From Setoptus koraiensis (lineage: Eukaryota; Animalia; Arthropoda), in assembly GCA_048013815.1 (NCBI GenBank), contig CM106585.1, forward strand, positions 9,362,001 to 9,426,000: DNA of 64,000 nt, read 5' to 3'. Position numbers and translations under genes: made by a program. Position 1 is the stretch's first letter. Each line of letters starts with the position of its first letter. This document shows positions 1 through 11,800 of the stretch, in pieces. Under the pieces are notes generated by a model, which had not been told where the DNA came from, searched no databases, and was given only the letters and a program-made list of their open reading frames with translations.

Positions 1-330
1 AGTGATAGAGAGGGGTAGAGGGATAGAGAGATGGAGAGTGCGCACTCTCGTGGCCAATGGAGCCATTAGTTTGGCGAGATCCACTAAATGTTTATGCGCG
101 CGCTGTATGTGTGTGCGTTGTTTGTTTACTGGAGCTGCCATGTTTCGCCGCTAGTTGTGCAGTGATGATTCAGTTTGAGGCAACAAAGACAAGGCTTCAT
201 CTTGTTGCCAATCGCGTCTCCAACAACCACTGAGAGAGAGACACACAACTAAACTCACCACGTAACAGACACCGGCGAGCGACAGGTGACACCGAAACAG
301 ACAGACAGACAGAGAGAGAGAGAGAGAGAC
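1..330. promoter_or_regulatory. GA-rich region upstream of Dscam, possible promoter
   Basis: (GA)n tracts at 1-40, 231-242 and 311-328; an Inr-like TCAGTT at 170-175. Function is inferred only. Confidence 0.25.
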
Positions 331-696
331 AAAATGTTGCCGCTAGAGGGTGGGCTAGTTAGTTGTTTCTTGATACGCCAAAGAGGCCAGAGGGGCCACC
401 AGTCGACAGCCACAGTCCATTAGCACCTATCGACAAGATATCGCAATAACAAGTGACGTGTTTGCTCTTACATCATACTGCAGCCAAGTGCAAATGATGG
501 CCGAATGTGGCCAGTTAGTTGCCACTGTGTTGGCCAGTGTTTGTCAATAGACAATCAGAACAATCAGAACAAACAAACAAACAAACAAATAGTCGACAAC
601 CACACCATCAAGCTATTACGTAACAGTTTGCACAACAGTTGTCGTGTTATGACAAGATAATTATCAGCAGCATTAGTTAGTATAGTTAAACGATAA

Positions 697-1153
697 ATGA
701 TCATGTTGCCGACTGGCGGACAGTCGTTGCACGTGCAAGCGAGCTCGTGCACGATGACACTTTGGACAAGATTTCACAGTCACGCTGACCGTCATCAGCA
801 GCAAGTGGCAAGATCAAACGACGATAAAAGATTTGTATCAGTGTCAGTATCAGAGTGTTTGTATTTGTTGTGTGGCGCTGATAAAATCAAATCAATGTTT
901 TTGGTGTTTTTAATGATTGATATATTGTGGACGCGTTCGTTGTTTGTGAACGGTCAAATAATGCAGTCGCAACAATTATTGCAGCAATTTTATCACACGC
1001 CAGACACACCGGCAGCAACATCGGCAACAAATCATTTAATTCAGTACGACCAACACGTCAAATCGACGCCCCTCGGCGAGCCGGTATTCCGACTGGAGCC
1101 GCCAAATGTGATTAATTTCAGCAACGAAACGGGCGCCATCATTCCCTGTTTAG
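697..1153 (+). CDS. Dscam: Dscam exon 1: leader/signal peptide and first third of Ig1
   Basis: Hydrophobic MFLVFLMIDILWTRSLFVNG (ATG 895) followed by GEPVFRLEPPNVINFSNETGAIIPCL; phase-1 donor G|GTAGGT at 1154. The start codon (697 or 895) is uncertain. Confidence 0.85.
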
Positions 1154-2209
1154 GTAGGTCACTGTTGTTGAGCATCGTTGCAAATTACCGATTCTCCGGC
1201 AATCATTCTCGTTGATTCTCGTTGATTCTCGTTAAATTATCTCAATTAAATGCACTGAATATCAACTGACTGTCAGTATTCTAACTCGCTCTCACCGTGC
1301 CAATCTTGCTCACAAATTGCTCGAATTCGCCATGCGCCAATGTATTTTTATCCACTTGCACAATGAAGCTTCCGGTTCGCCCACGCCAAAATTAGTTTGG
1401 TATCAGGGCGTGGACAACGAACAGCGACAGCCAGTGACAAATATTAGCAACTTGCGTCTCATAACAAGCAACGCCATTAAATTGTTACCGTTTAAAGCCA
1501 GCCAATATCGCAGCGATGTTCATTCAACTAGTTACACATGTGAGGCAACCAATTCAATGGGCACCATCCAGAGCAGGCCCTCTATCGTGCAAGCGGGTAA
1601 GTACTATACTGGCGATATTTGATGCAACACAAGCTCGATATTATAGATAGACAGCATATATATATATAGCGGCAATACACATTGGCTTATGTATTATGGC
1701 TTACATTTGCAAGCAGCCCTTGTCATAACAACTAGATGTAATAATCATTGACTTGTGCCGACAGCGAGCTCAATGAATCCATCTAATTTCGAGTGGCGGT
1801 TAATTGAGAATGGGGCCCCGATGAGAAAACAATTACCAGTTGTCGCAGCTATTTCGGCGCGCGCTGCGATTCGTTTCACTGGTTTCATTGATTCGTCAGG
1901 GGAGCCCCCGGTTGCATTGCAACTTGGTGTGTGCGCCATATGCTCAAGTGTGTCGTGACAACAACATTAACAACAGCGCCACCAGTGACAACTAACAACA
2001 TTGGGTTAGAAAATCGGCAAACCCAAAATCGATTAGACGCCATGCCAGTGTATGTGTGCAATACACATAGAGTTTGTAGAGTGCGCCACAAAGCCAGGAC
2101 GGGTCGTTGTGCGACAAATTGATTAATTTTAATTCACTTCCATCTAACGATCTAACCAGCGCGCCACTATATCAATAGATATTACATAATACACTGACAC
2201 ATTGCAAGC

Positions 2210-2245
<36 letters not shown>

Positions 2246-2810
2246 TTAGACACACAGTGTGGCTGGCAGCAAAAAGTAGCTGTGCCAGCTCGGGGGCCCC
2301 GCTCGAGAGAAACTGCTCAACCAGCCAGAAGGAGTTAGACGTGGGTGTGTGTAAACACGCCAGAGACTTGTTAATGTGCGACGCGAGAGACAACTCTATC
2401 GTTGCTCTATTTAATCGAACGCAAACGCTTGTTGTGTTTGAGAGCTGAGAATTTAGGCTGAGAATTGGAATTGGAATTGAAATTTCGAAGCCAGTTTTAC
2501 AGGCCGTTGGTGTATGACACTGTATTCATCTTGTTGTCACCGGGCCCGTCTCTGTGGCCAAGTGCGTCGCATGTCTACTGACATGATCTATTTATCATGG
2601 GCCCCATCAATTGCCGGGCCTCTGCATCCATGGGGCCCCGCGGATCCAGGGGCCTGGGCAGCACAGCGATCGGCGCCATGATACACATGATAATATTTAT
2701 CTTTTTGTTTATGTTAATGCAAATGGTGTAACAGCATTAGAAAACTAATTTGATGCTCGCAACTTCTCAACTGTTTGTCGCCACTGGGCGCTTGTTTGGA
2801 AACTTGTCAC

Positions 2811-2845
<35 letters not shown>

Positions 2846-5800
2846 CAGCATGAGGGGCCAGCTAACAGCGACGGAGGGGCGCCAAAGTGCAAAAGTGGCG
2901 CAAAATCTCGCGCCGGCGCCACGCTGGCGCGGATCTGCGAACGCATTTCCGAACGTTCGGAACGCACCGAGACACAGCTCCAATATTCACACTTGAACTT
3001 GCTGAGAGCACACAACTCCGTTTAGCGAACGATGCAATTACCTAGCTGCCCAACGCGGACTGCGCGGGTAGCCACCGGGCCACCGGGCCGGCGGGCTACC
3101 GGCTCCGCGTGAAGCCGGGCAAAGCGGCGACAAGTGTGCGCAGGTTGGCCGCACCGAAGCAAAAACGTGCAACGCCAACCGGCAATGATCCGCGTGCCGC
3201 TGGCCCCTCCTTTTTCTCTGGCCACGCCAGCTAAGCGTTCTCTGGTCCGCTCGTGGGGCCCCAAAAGCGAATATCTAATCTGTTGTCGTGTGCTGTTGTG
3301 GTGCGCGGCAGCGGGAGCGAGAGGGAGGGAGAGAGAGCGAGCGAGAGGCAGATAGAAGCTCGAAAAGAGGCGCCAAGAATCAGCGGGCAGGCAAAATCTT
3401 ACAATAAATCTCTCTTAACAGCGGCCAACAGTGTCACTGCGCGTGTGTCTATTGTGTGTATTGAATTGCAAATTAGAATTAGGGGCCCCAATGAGAGCGA
3501 GCGGGAAAAAGAGGCGTCCGACAGACACTGCATGCACCTCTGTATGTATGTATGTCTACAGCGTCTATGCAGTTTGCGCTGACTGGATGTGCTCGTGCAA
3601 GCTCGTGCAAGCTCGTGCAAGCAGCACGAGCTAAATGGCTCATGGTGGCCCGACGGTGCCAAAGTACACACACACACATAAACAACAAATTGATACTTTG
3701 CCGTTACTTTACACAACTTCACTTTGCCCGGCCGAGCTGGCCGGCAAAGTGCGCCAGTGCTTTGTTGGTTGGTTTGCTGGGGCCCCAGCTCGCGGACCCC
3801 AACAGCCACGGGTGCAACAACGGGCCCGAAGAGGGCCCGCAAAAGAGCCAAAAGAGCCCAAAAGAGGGCATTAGTTTTATTGTGTTTCTTGTGCCACTTA
3901 ATCGGCCATTCCGATATTCGGCACACCCTCTGAGTGGCTGCCCACGCCGCCAACAACAAACTTCCGTTGAATACCTCTCCGATTTGCAGCCACTTTGCCG
4001 GCAAATTCCAGGCAAGTTGCCAGCGAATTTCTGCCAGCCAACGCGGGGCCCGCAGCCACTAAAAATGGTGCCGCTAAACAACTGACAAGTCGTCTAACTC
4101 AATTTTCACCTATTACCAGCCAATAGATGCAAATTACATGACACAGCTCAAATATGCAAATGTGTGTGCCCGTTGTGCGCCCGCTGCAATCAGTTTCAAT
4201 TGGCATACAATTGTCACTTGCAATTTTCAATGACGGCCAGCCCGATATTGGCAGCCCGCTGACCCGAGATTGAGCCCGCTGCCGATGAAAATTGTCCGGA
4301 CAGCGGCAGCGAGATTGCGCCCCCGAAATGCACAATGGACAATCTTGCATTTATTGCGTTTATTTATTGCCATTATTAGCTGGTGTTTCGTTTGTGTCAC
4401 AACACGCCAGACAGACGCTCATTCGCTTGTAAATTTCACCTTGTAATAGATGAAACATGATCAATTTAAGCCCGTGGCTGGCCCCACATTGGCCCTATAA
4501 CTCGCCCGTGTTCGAATCGGCGCCCATCGATTGGCGCCCATCGATTGGGCCCCACTGACGGTTGCGTCATTCCTTTTTCGCTCAATGTGGCCGTTATTAA
4601 ACCAACGGTATCAATGTATATGTGTGTGTCTGTTGGAGCCCGCCAAGACGACAATTTTGCGCCGAGACGACACAAAATGGCTGAGACAATGGCCCAAAAG
4701 TCACGTTCTTTTCGGGGTCGTTTCGAGACTCTAATGATTATTATTGTGACCTGTTTGACACACGGCACGCCACATATTTGCACGTAGTTGATATCGCGCA
4801 AAACAAATAAAAAGTCGCAACAACTGGCGCCAAGACGATGATTTAATTTTGGCCGCGTTGAATGTGGTGCGACGGTGCCCGGCAACTTGCCGGGCCGCTT
4901 AAGAGGCCAGCTTCTATGGAGCCTCTATTTAGCTGAAAAGCTGGAGCTAAATAGAGGAAGATATCGGACACAGGCTCGTCGGAGGGGCCCCGGCGACGCG
5001 CGCACAAAATTAAATTGCCAGCCAGCTCTGGCCAGCTCGTGTTTATTTTTGCAGAGGCGCCATTTTGTTTGTGTCGGGCAGGGTGGCCCGCGGTGTTGCG
5101 ACGGCCGCCCGCACGCTATCCGACGGCGGCCCGTTTTCTCAGGTCGTGCCCACTGAGACGACGACGTGAAAAATCACGTTCCGCGTTTGTTTGTCTGTTT
5201 GCTCTGGCTCTGGCTCTTGCTCTGGCTGGCTGGTTGGGGCCCACGCAGGCTGCACAGTGTGCGCCGGACAGCGCTGGCCTCGCCCGCATCGGATCCATCA
5301 TAATTTGATTCTCATCACAGGGCGCGCGAACCGCCGGCAAGCAGCGCCTCTGCTGGCGGCCCAAAGTCACCAAACTAGCCAGTGACACAAATTCATTTCA
5401 CCTGTTCCTTGGCCATTTCCGTGCGGCCCGCCGAGCAGCTCAGTGGGGCCAGCAAGCGGCTCAGTGGGGCCAGGCAAGCGGCTCTGTGGGGCCGGGCAAC
5501 GAGGTGATAAAGCCGAGATTGATGCCTTCGTGGCGAATCGGATAGACATTAGCAATTGTCGTTGCGTTGTTTTCGGCGCGTTCCGGCGACGATATTTGCC
5601 TGTCATTTGTTGTCACTTTTGGCAGCCGCGACAGTGCGCTTGCAGCCAGCAAAAAGTGACCAGCCGCCGTTCTCGGCACTGCTGCCAATCTTGCCAGTCG
5701 GTGCGATATCTGGCCCCCGATCTGGGGCTAATCCCGGCGCGCAGTGCCGAATTGGCTGCACACGGCCAGCAAATGGAAATATAAATTAATATATCTCTGT

Positions 5801-8800
5801 TTGTCGATATTTTGGCCATTGGTTGGCCATGGGTGATGAATATCTCACCCACGGCACGACAACAACTGTCCACGAAGGCGCCCGAGATAGACTTAAATAG
5901 ACAGTTGTTACTATTGGTGAGTTATGGGGCGCCCGAGTTGGTTATTGGGCGCTCGGGTTGGTTGTTGGGGGGCAGGGGGAGCCATCGCGCACGTTGCGTC
6001 ATCTTTACCATGAGTTATTACCTTTTAAGCAGTTGCCGTCAGAGTTATGGGCCGCTGCCGCTGCCGCTGCAGTTGCGGGCCGCCAGTCGGGTTGCCGGTC
6101 GGGTCGCCAGTCGGGTGCCGCAACAACTGCAGCCAATGAATCACAATAAGACACACACGGGCGCTGGGGCCAATAATGCGATCGCCCGACAAAACCAATA
6201 ATACGTGGCGCGGCGATTGCTGGCCGCAATTAGTGCCCGCGCCGCCGCCCTGATTATTGTCAGTCTGACAATAATCAGAGAAAATTGGTTGCGGCGCCAG
6301 GTGAGCGGCCGAGTCGGCCGAGTGGGCCCAATTGGCCGAATTGGCCGAATTAACGGGCCCCAATATATAGCTCGCCCGCAACATCTATATATAAATAAAT
6401 ATCGCCGGCCATATAAATATTGTGGCGCGAAAATGGTGCGGTGGCGAAAATATATAATATAGATTGTTGGGGGGAGCGTGTGATCGATTTAATGCGGCCC
6501 GCGGACGTGCCGAAAATAATGGCCAGCTAACGAAATAAATGAGCCAGCCAGCCAGCCAGTCGGGCCGATGGCGAGACAAATGTTTTCTTGGTCTCGCGCG
6601 CGCCGGATAAAACAACAACCGCAAACAAGCAACACAGCGGGCCCCAGTTAGTCGCCGCAAGCCGGCGCCGGGGCCCATCACTTCGCCAGAGACGTCACAC
6701 ACAAAGAATTATCGAGAGATATGAGCTGCCGCCGCCGGTTTTGTTGGCCGTTATTAGGGTCTGGCCCCCGGCTTGTGCCAGCGCACCCAAACAGCTAAAT
6801 GGCGGCACACAAAACCGGCAGCCCAGTTGCAAGTCGGCGAGCCCGAGCAACAGCGGATAAGATGATGTGCGCCGTTTGTAATCCACTTTTTTCACGCTTC
6901 ATCATTGCATCATTTCAAGCATTTCGGGCAGTTCGGGCCGGTCGGGCAGTTCAAGCCGGTCGGGCCGGTCGGGCATCATCGTCGCAACGATTCCAGGGAC
7001 GCATCTTGTGCTGGATGCGCATTCGCTCATGCGGGGCGCCACAACGTCGCACCCGCACACGGCAAGCAGAAACAACCGGCCAGAGATGGATCGGTGCAGC
7101 CAAGATAAAATCGCCAGACGAGCCTTGACGAGATGAGGTCAAAACGGGGATTATTTCTCGTATCGTTTCGTTTGTGGCTTGCGTGTGCGTTGTTATAAAG
7201 TGCAAGACTGTGTAAGCCCCATCCGACGGCCCCATCTTTTGTTTTGCGGGCGCGCGCTGCCCGTTGGCAATTGGCCATTGTTTGTTGTTTGTCGGGGGCC
7301 CCGTTCTCTGTCTGGCCTGTCTGGAGAACATTCATTCGTTGGCAGCGTCATCTCGCTGCTCGGTGAGGCTCACGACAGCGCTAAGCGATCATCATGGTTT
7401 GTCTGTTCCAACAAGCCAACTGACCAGCGGCCCTAATCTGGCCTCACCGCGTCGCGCTCGGCCCCTTCCCGGCCCGATTCCGCCCAGTGGGCCGGACAAC
7501 CCTCCCCAGTCGCAGTCCGTACCTCCCTAGTATCCGTGTACCTCCCTAGTACCCGAGTACCTCCCGTATTGGTGAGTGGGCATGTCGAGCCAACCGTCGA
7601 GCCCACTGTCCAGCCAGCAACTTGGGCTGCCCAACTGGCCAGTCCGGCCGACACCTTGAGGGGCCCACGTTGAGACTGAGCTGTCGAGCCACAAATAACG
7701 CGCCGCTCACTTGACCGATGACGCTGTCAGAGACACCAACTAATAGAGACGCCAGCACTTGCAAGATATAGGAATAAGAGCGCCACTCAAACCGGCTAAG
7801 TGATTCCAGTTTGTTGCCCAGTGGCGGGCCCCATTAGGCGACTGCTTGTTTTAAATTGTGTGTCAGAGGTGTAAAGTTCATTATGGGGCCCCGCGCGCTG
7901 GCGTCAGTCAGATGTTGTTCTCAGTTGGTTGGTGTTGCGCGGCCGGCCAGACGGTCGGTAACTGGGCCAGATAATAATAATTGAGCGAGTGTGTTGGCTG
8001 CCCGCCTCTACTAATGAATAATTTATCCATTTCTTACGAACCACCTGAGGCGCCGGATTGCCCGGTTTGCCCGGTTCGCTCGGTTCGCCCGGTCTGCCCA
8101 GAATGGCCAGCCCGACCGCCTGACCAGAGCGATTGTCAAGTGGCCATACCCGAGGGCCGATTTAGCGCTCGACCCGGCCCGCAATCCGGCGGTTCAACGA
8201 TTGATCCGACGGTCCAACGATGGATCCGACGGTGAATGGGAGCGCCTGACGGCGGGTCCGACGGGGGCCGGCATCACAGTGCTGACACCGATGCCACCGA
8301 CAGTGGCACAAATGCTGCCGTTTGCCGGTCATTCAGTGGCTCGAATCACCAGCAAAATACAACACACTAAACAACTAAGTGCTTAATGGTCCATGATGAA
8401 CACGAGATAAACCTGGTGCAGTCATACTAAATCAAGTGGCGCCACTAACTAGTTTCGCCTCAACTCCTAATGAATTAATACCCTGTCTCAATCTTGTCGC
8501 TGGCGCTTTTTGCTCTTGTTACGTGTTTTGCGCGTGTCACGTTCGCTGGCCGCTGGCCGTTCACTCAGTGATTGCCACTAATTCAAACGAATGCAACCTC
8601 CATTTGGGCCCCCGATCCGACACAAACAAATGCCCTGGCACATCTAATATCTATGCATGATCTGATTGTGAGCCACACTCGCTCGAGATGGCATAGCGAT
8701 CGGCCCCCGCTAGTGGCCATGATTATGTCAAGTGGCAATTTGGTCATCATTGGGCCGGCCAACTAATAACTCGAGCGGCAGCTTTTGCTTTTTTGCGCCT

Positions 8801-11800
8801 TTTTGCGCCTTTTTGGCCCCACAACGAGCGGCCACAATGAGTGAGCGGCCAGAGTAAATGCAATTGTTAAATTGCATCTAACCGTTAGATTCTAACGAAC
8901 GGATAAACCATTTACTGTGGCGCGCGCGCGCCGAAATAAATTTGTTTCTTGACGCGCTTTCTCTCGGGCCTCGTCTGGCTCATCCGTCTCGCTGTGTCTG
9001 GCGGCGAGAGCGATGCTCTCATCCCATCCGAACTGATATTGCATTATGGTTGGCGGGCCTCAGTGAGCGATAACTAACATAACTGAGATAACTGAGCTAA
9101 CTGAGACAACCGAGATAACTGAGATAACTGCGATAACTGAGAGTGTCTGGTTGTTTTCTGTCGGGGGCCTGCCAGCCGGCCCCCGACAGAATGCTAATCA
9201 TCGCTGGAAAGTGTTCGCTAATCACCGAGGACACCGCCGGCGCCCCACTAATCAATCAAAGTCGCTGTCTAATTGTTGTTAGAAGCGACTGAGCGTCTAG
9301 CCAGCGCTAACTAAGTGCCGCCGGCTGCTTGTATCTGGCGGCAGTCGCCGGCGCTCGCGGGCCGCAATAAACGTCTGTTCGCCAACCAACCAACAACTTG
9401 CAATAAAGCAGCCAAAACAAGCTAAAACGAGCGATCGTTTCTCGGGGGCCAAAGGTTACAAATAAGAGGGCCCCAAATGGCTGGCACGGCAACGCCAGTG
9501 TGCAGCCAGAAATTGTTTTATGACGTACACAGTTGCACACAACAACAGTCTATGAGAGTGACTTTATAACGGATAATCATGCGGCGGATAATGTGGGCTG
9601 TGCGGCGCGCCCACATTATCCGCCGACGAGCTGGCCGCCGTGGCGGATAATGTTGAGCAAAAAAGCTGGCCCCACTAAAAGCTTTTTTGCGAGCGCTGGC
9701 GACACCACGAGCCACGGCCAGACCAAGGGCGAGCAACAGCGCCGCGTCTCATTAGACCATCGGGCCCCATTTTGCGCTCCGACGTGGATGGACTGGCCTG
9801 CTGCCGCTGCTGCTAACTGGATACTATCAAAACTGGATACTGTTAAAACTGGATACTGTTAAAACTGGATACTATTAAAAAATCATCTTCATCTCTGATT
9901 GTTCGCTTGTTCATCAAACAATCACCGGGCTCCTGATTGTCGGCCCCAAAATATCCCAAAATGCTTTTTGGAGACATCTCTGGCGGCCGACAGTCTCCAA
10001 AATGTCTTGTTGGTGTGGCAAATTTATCCCCTCACTCCGATGCTCGCTCAGTGCGACACTAGCCATTGGTGAGCAATGCGACAACAAGACAAAACGCCAT
10101 TCAGCCAGATTTAGTTGGGGCCCGGCCCGGCGCGGCGCGGCTCGGCGGCTCGGTGGGCGCGTGCGAATTGAATCTCTTTGTCACTATTTAATTTAATGTG
10201 CGCATTGAAGCGCTAAATAGTAAGTAGAGCAGCCGCACGGGTTGCACCTAGCCGCTGCTGGGGCCCGCGCGGCTCTGCTGGCGGCTTTCTCGGCGGGCCT
10301 CAATGGGTCGCTGTTGGCGACATATCGCACAACAGTGCCCTCTCACTGGCTGTAAAATGTTGGCACAGTTGCGCACAGCCCAACTGAACTGAGCAGAATT
10401 TATCCGGCTATACACACAGTTATCTGGCTGTGCAACAGCCAAAGATATAACAGCAATCGTGGGGACCCCGCTTCGTGTTGCCAGTGGTTCGCGAATAGCG
10501 CCAATGCAAACGCCAACAAGCGACGCCCGCCAACGGCGCCAACCAATAAATGTTATGTAATTTACTTTGCGATCTTTCACTCAGTCGGCCCACTGACTGA
10601 CTGAGCCAGGCTATAACTCAGTTACGTAACTCAGCGGTGTCATCAGAAGAAAGTAATATAAATTTTTATCATTTTAGCGCCCGACGTCAGCGTGATCCAT
10701 TGCAGTGGCAAGCGAGCGGCCAAGCGTGCGCCCTTGCTTGCCAGCGTTCGTCGGAGATGGCGTCATTAGAGATGTGACGCCATCTCCAGACTATGCAGTC
10801 CACAGGGCCCCGAAGAGCCCCGAAGAGCCCCAAAGAGCCCCAAAGAAGCCCGAACAGTCTCAGAGACGACTGTCGGCGCCCGACGGGTGCCGCTGCCGCT
10901 GCTGCAAGCGCTGTGAGCCGCGCATCGGATAGCGTGGGCGACACGCGACAATGACCGGCGAAAACAGTCAACTTACACGTGCTTATCAGCGGTCATCAGT
11001 GGCGCCAGTGGGCGTAATACGAAAAACATCATTTCAAGCTTGGGTTTAGTTGCAATTTTTCAGCTCGGCCTCCACTAGCAACGCGGGCCCCACCAACGCA
11101 CAGCAAACCACAAAAGAGTGGCACTAATTGCCACCGGAACTCGCCCAGCCAGGTGCCCTTCCAATGGCCCGCTGATGGCTCGCCGTCTGCGGGCCGGACA
11201 AGGAGGCTCGACTGCGGGCCCAAAAAGGGGGCTCGACTGTGGGCCTCAGTCGCGCAAATAGCTACACAGATAGCACAGACGGCAAATGGCACTCACGTTG
11301 CCCGACGCGGCGCGTTGTCGGCCCGGCCCGGGCAGCCGATTCGGGCCTGTGGGTGGGGGCTCCCCAACGACAGTTCGACAGGGTTCGTGTTTTAGCTGTC
11401 GCATTCTCATGATTACGAGCTGCTGATGTGCGCTCGCTGCCGGCAACACGGCACACAATGGATAATATTGTCATGTTTGGAATGGCCAATCGGAATGAAA
11501 TTGGATACGTGGGACCAATGATGATCTGGCGGCCAGACGATATTCGGATATTTGGTGGGCACAGTTGTCTGGCTCGAGAAGCTCGCCAGTCTGCAAGATC
11601 TGGCGCCAGCATAAAAACTAAAACTAGCCAGCGGCTTACTCGAAACTGCCACGCCAAATAGAGAGGAAATTATTTCAAAACAAATGGAGCGTAACTCTTT
11701 CTTTTTACTCCCAGGGTGCGTGTCTATATTTGAATTTATTTCAATTTCACTACTGGCACTGCACGGTTCACAAACTGCGCCGCCAATTGGATGGGGCCCG

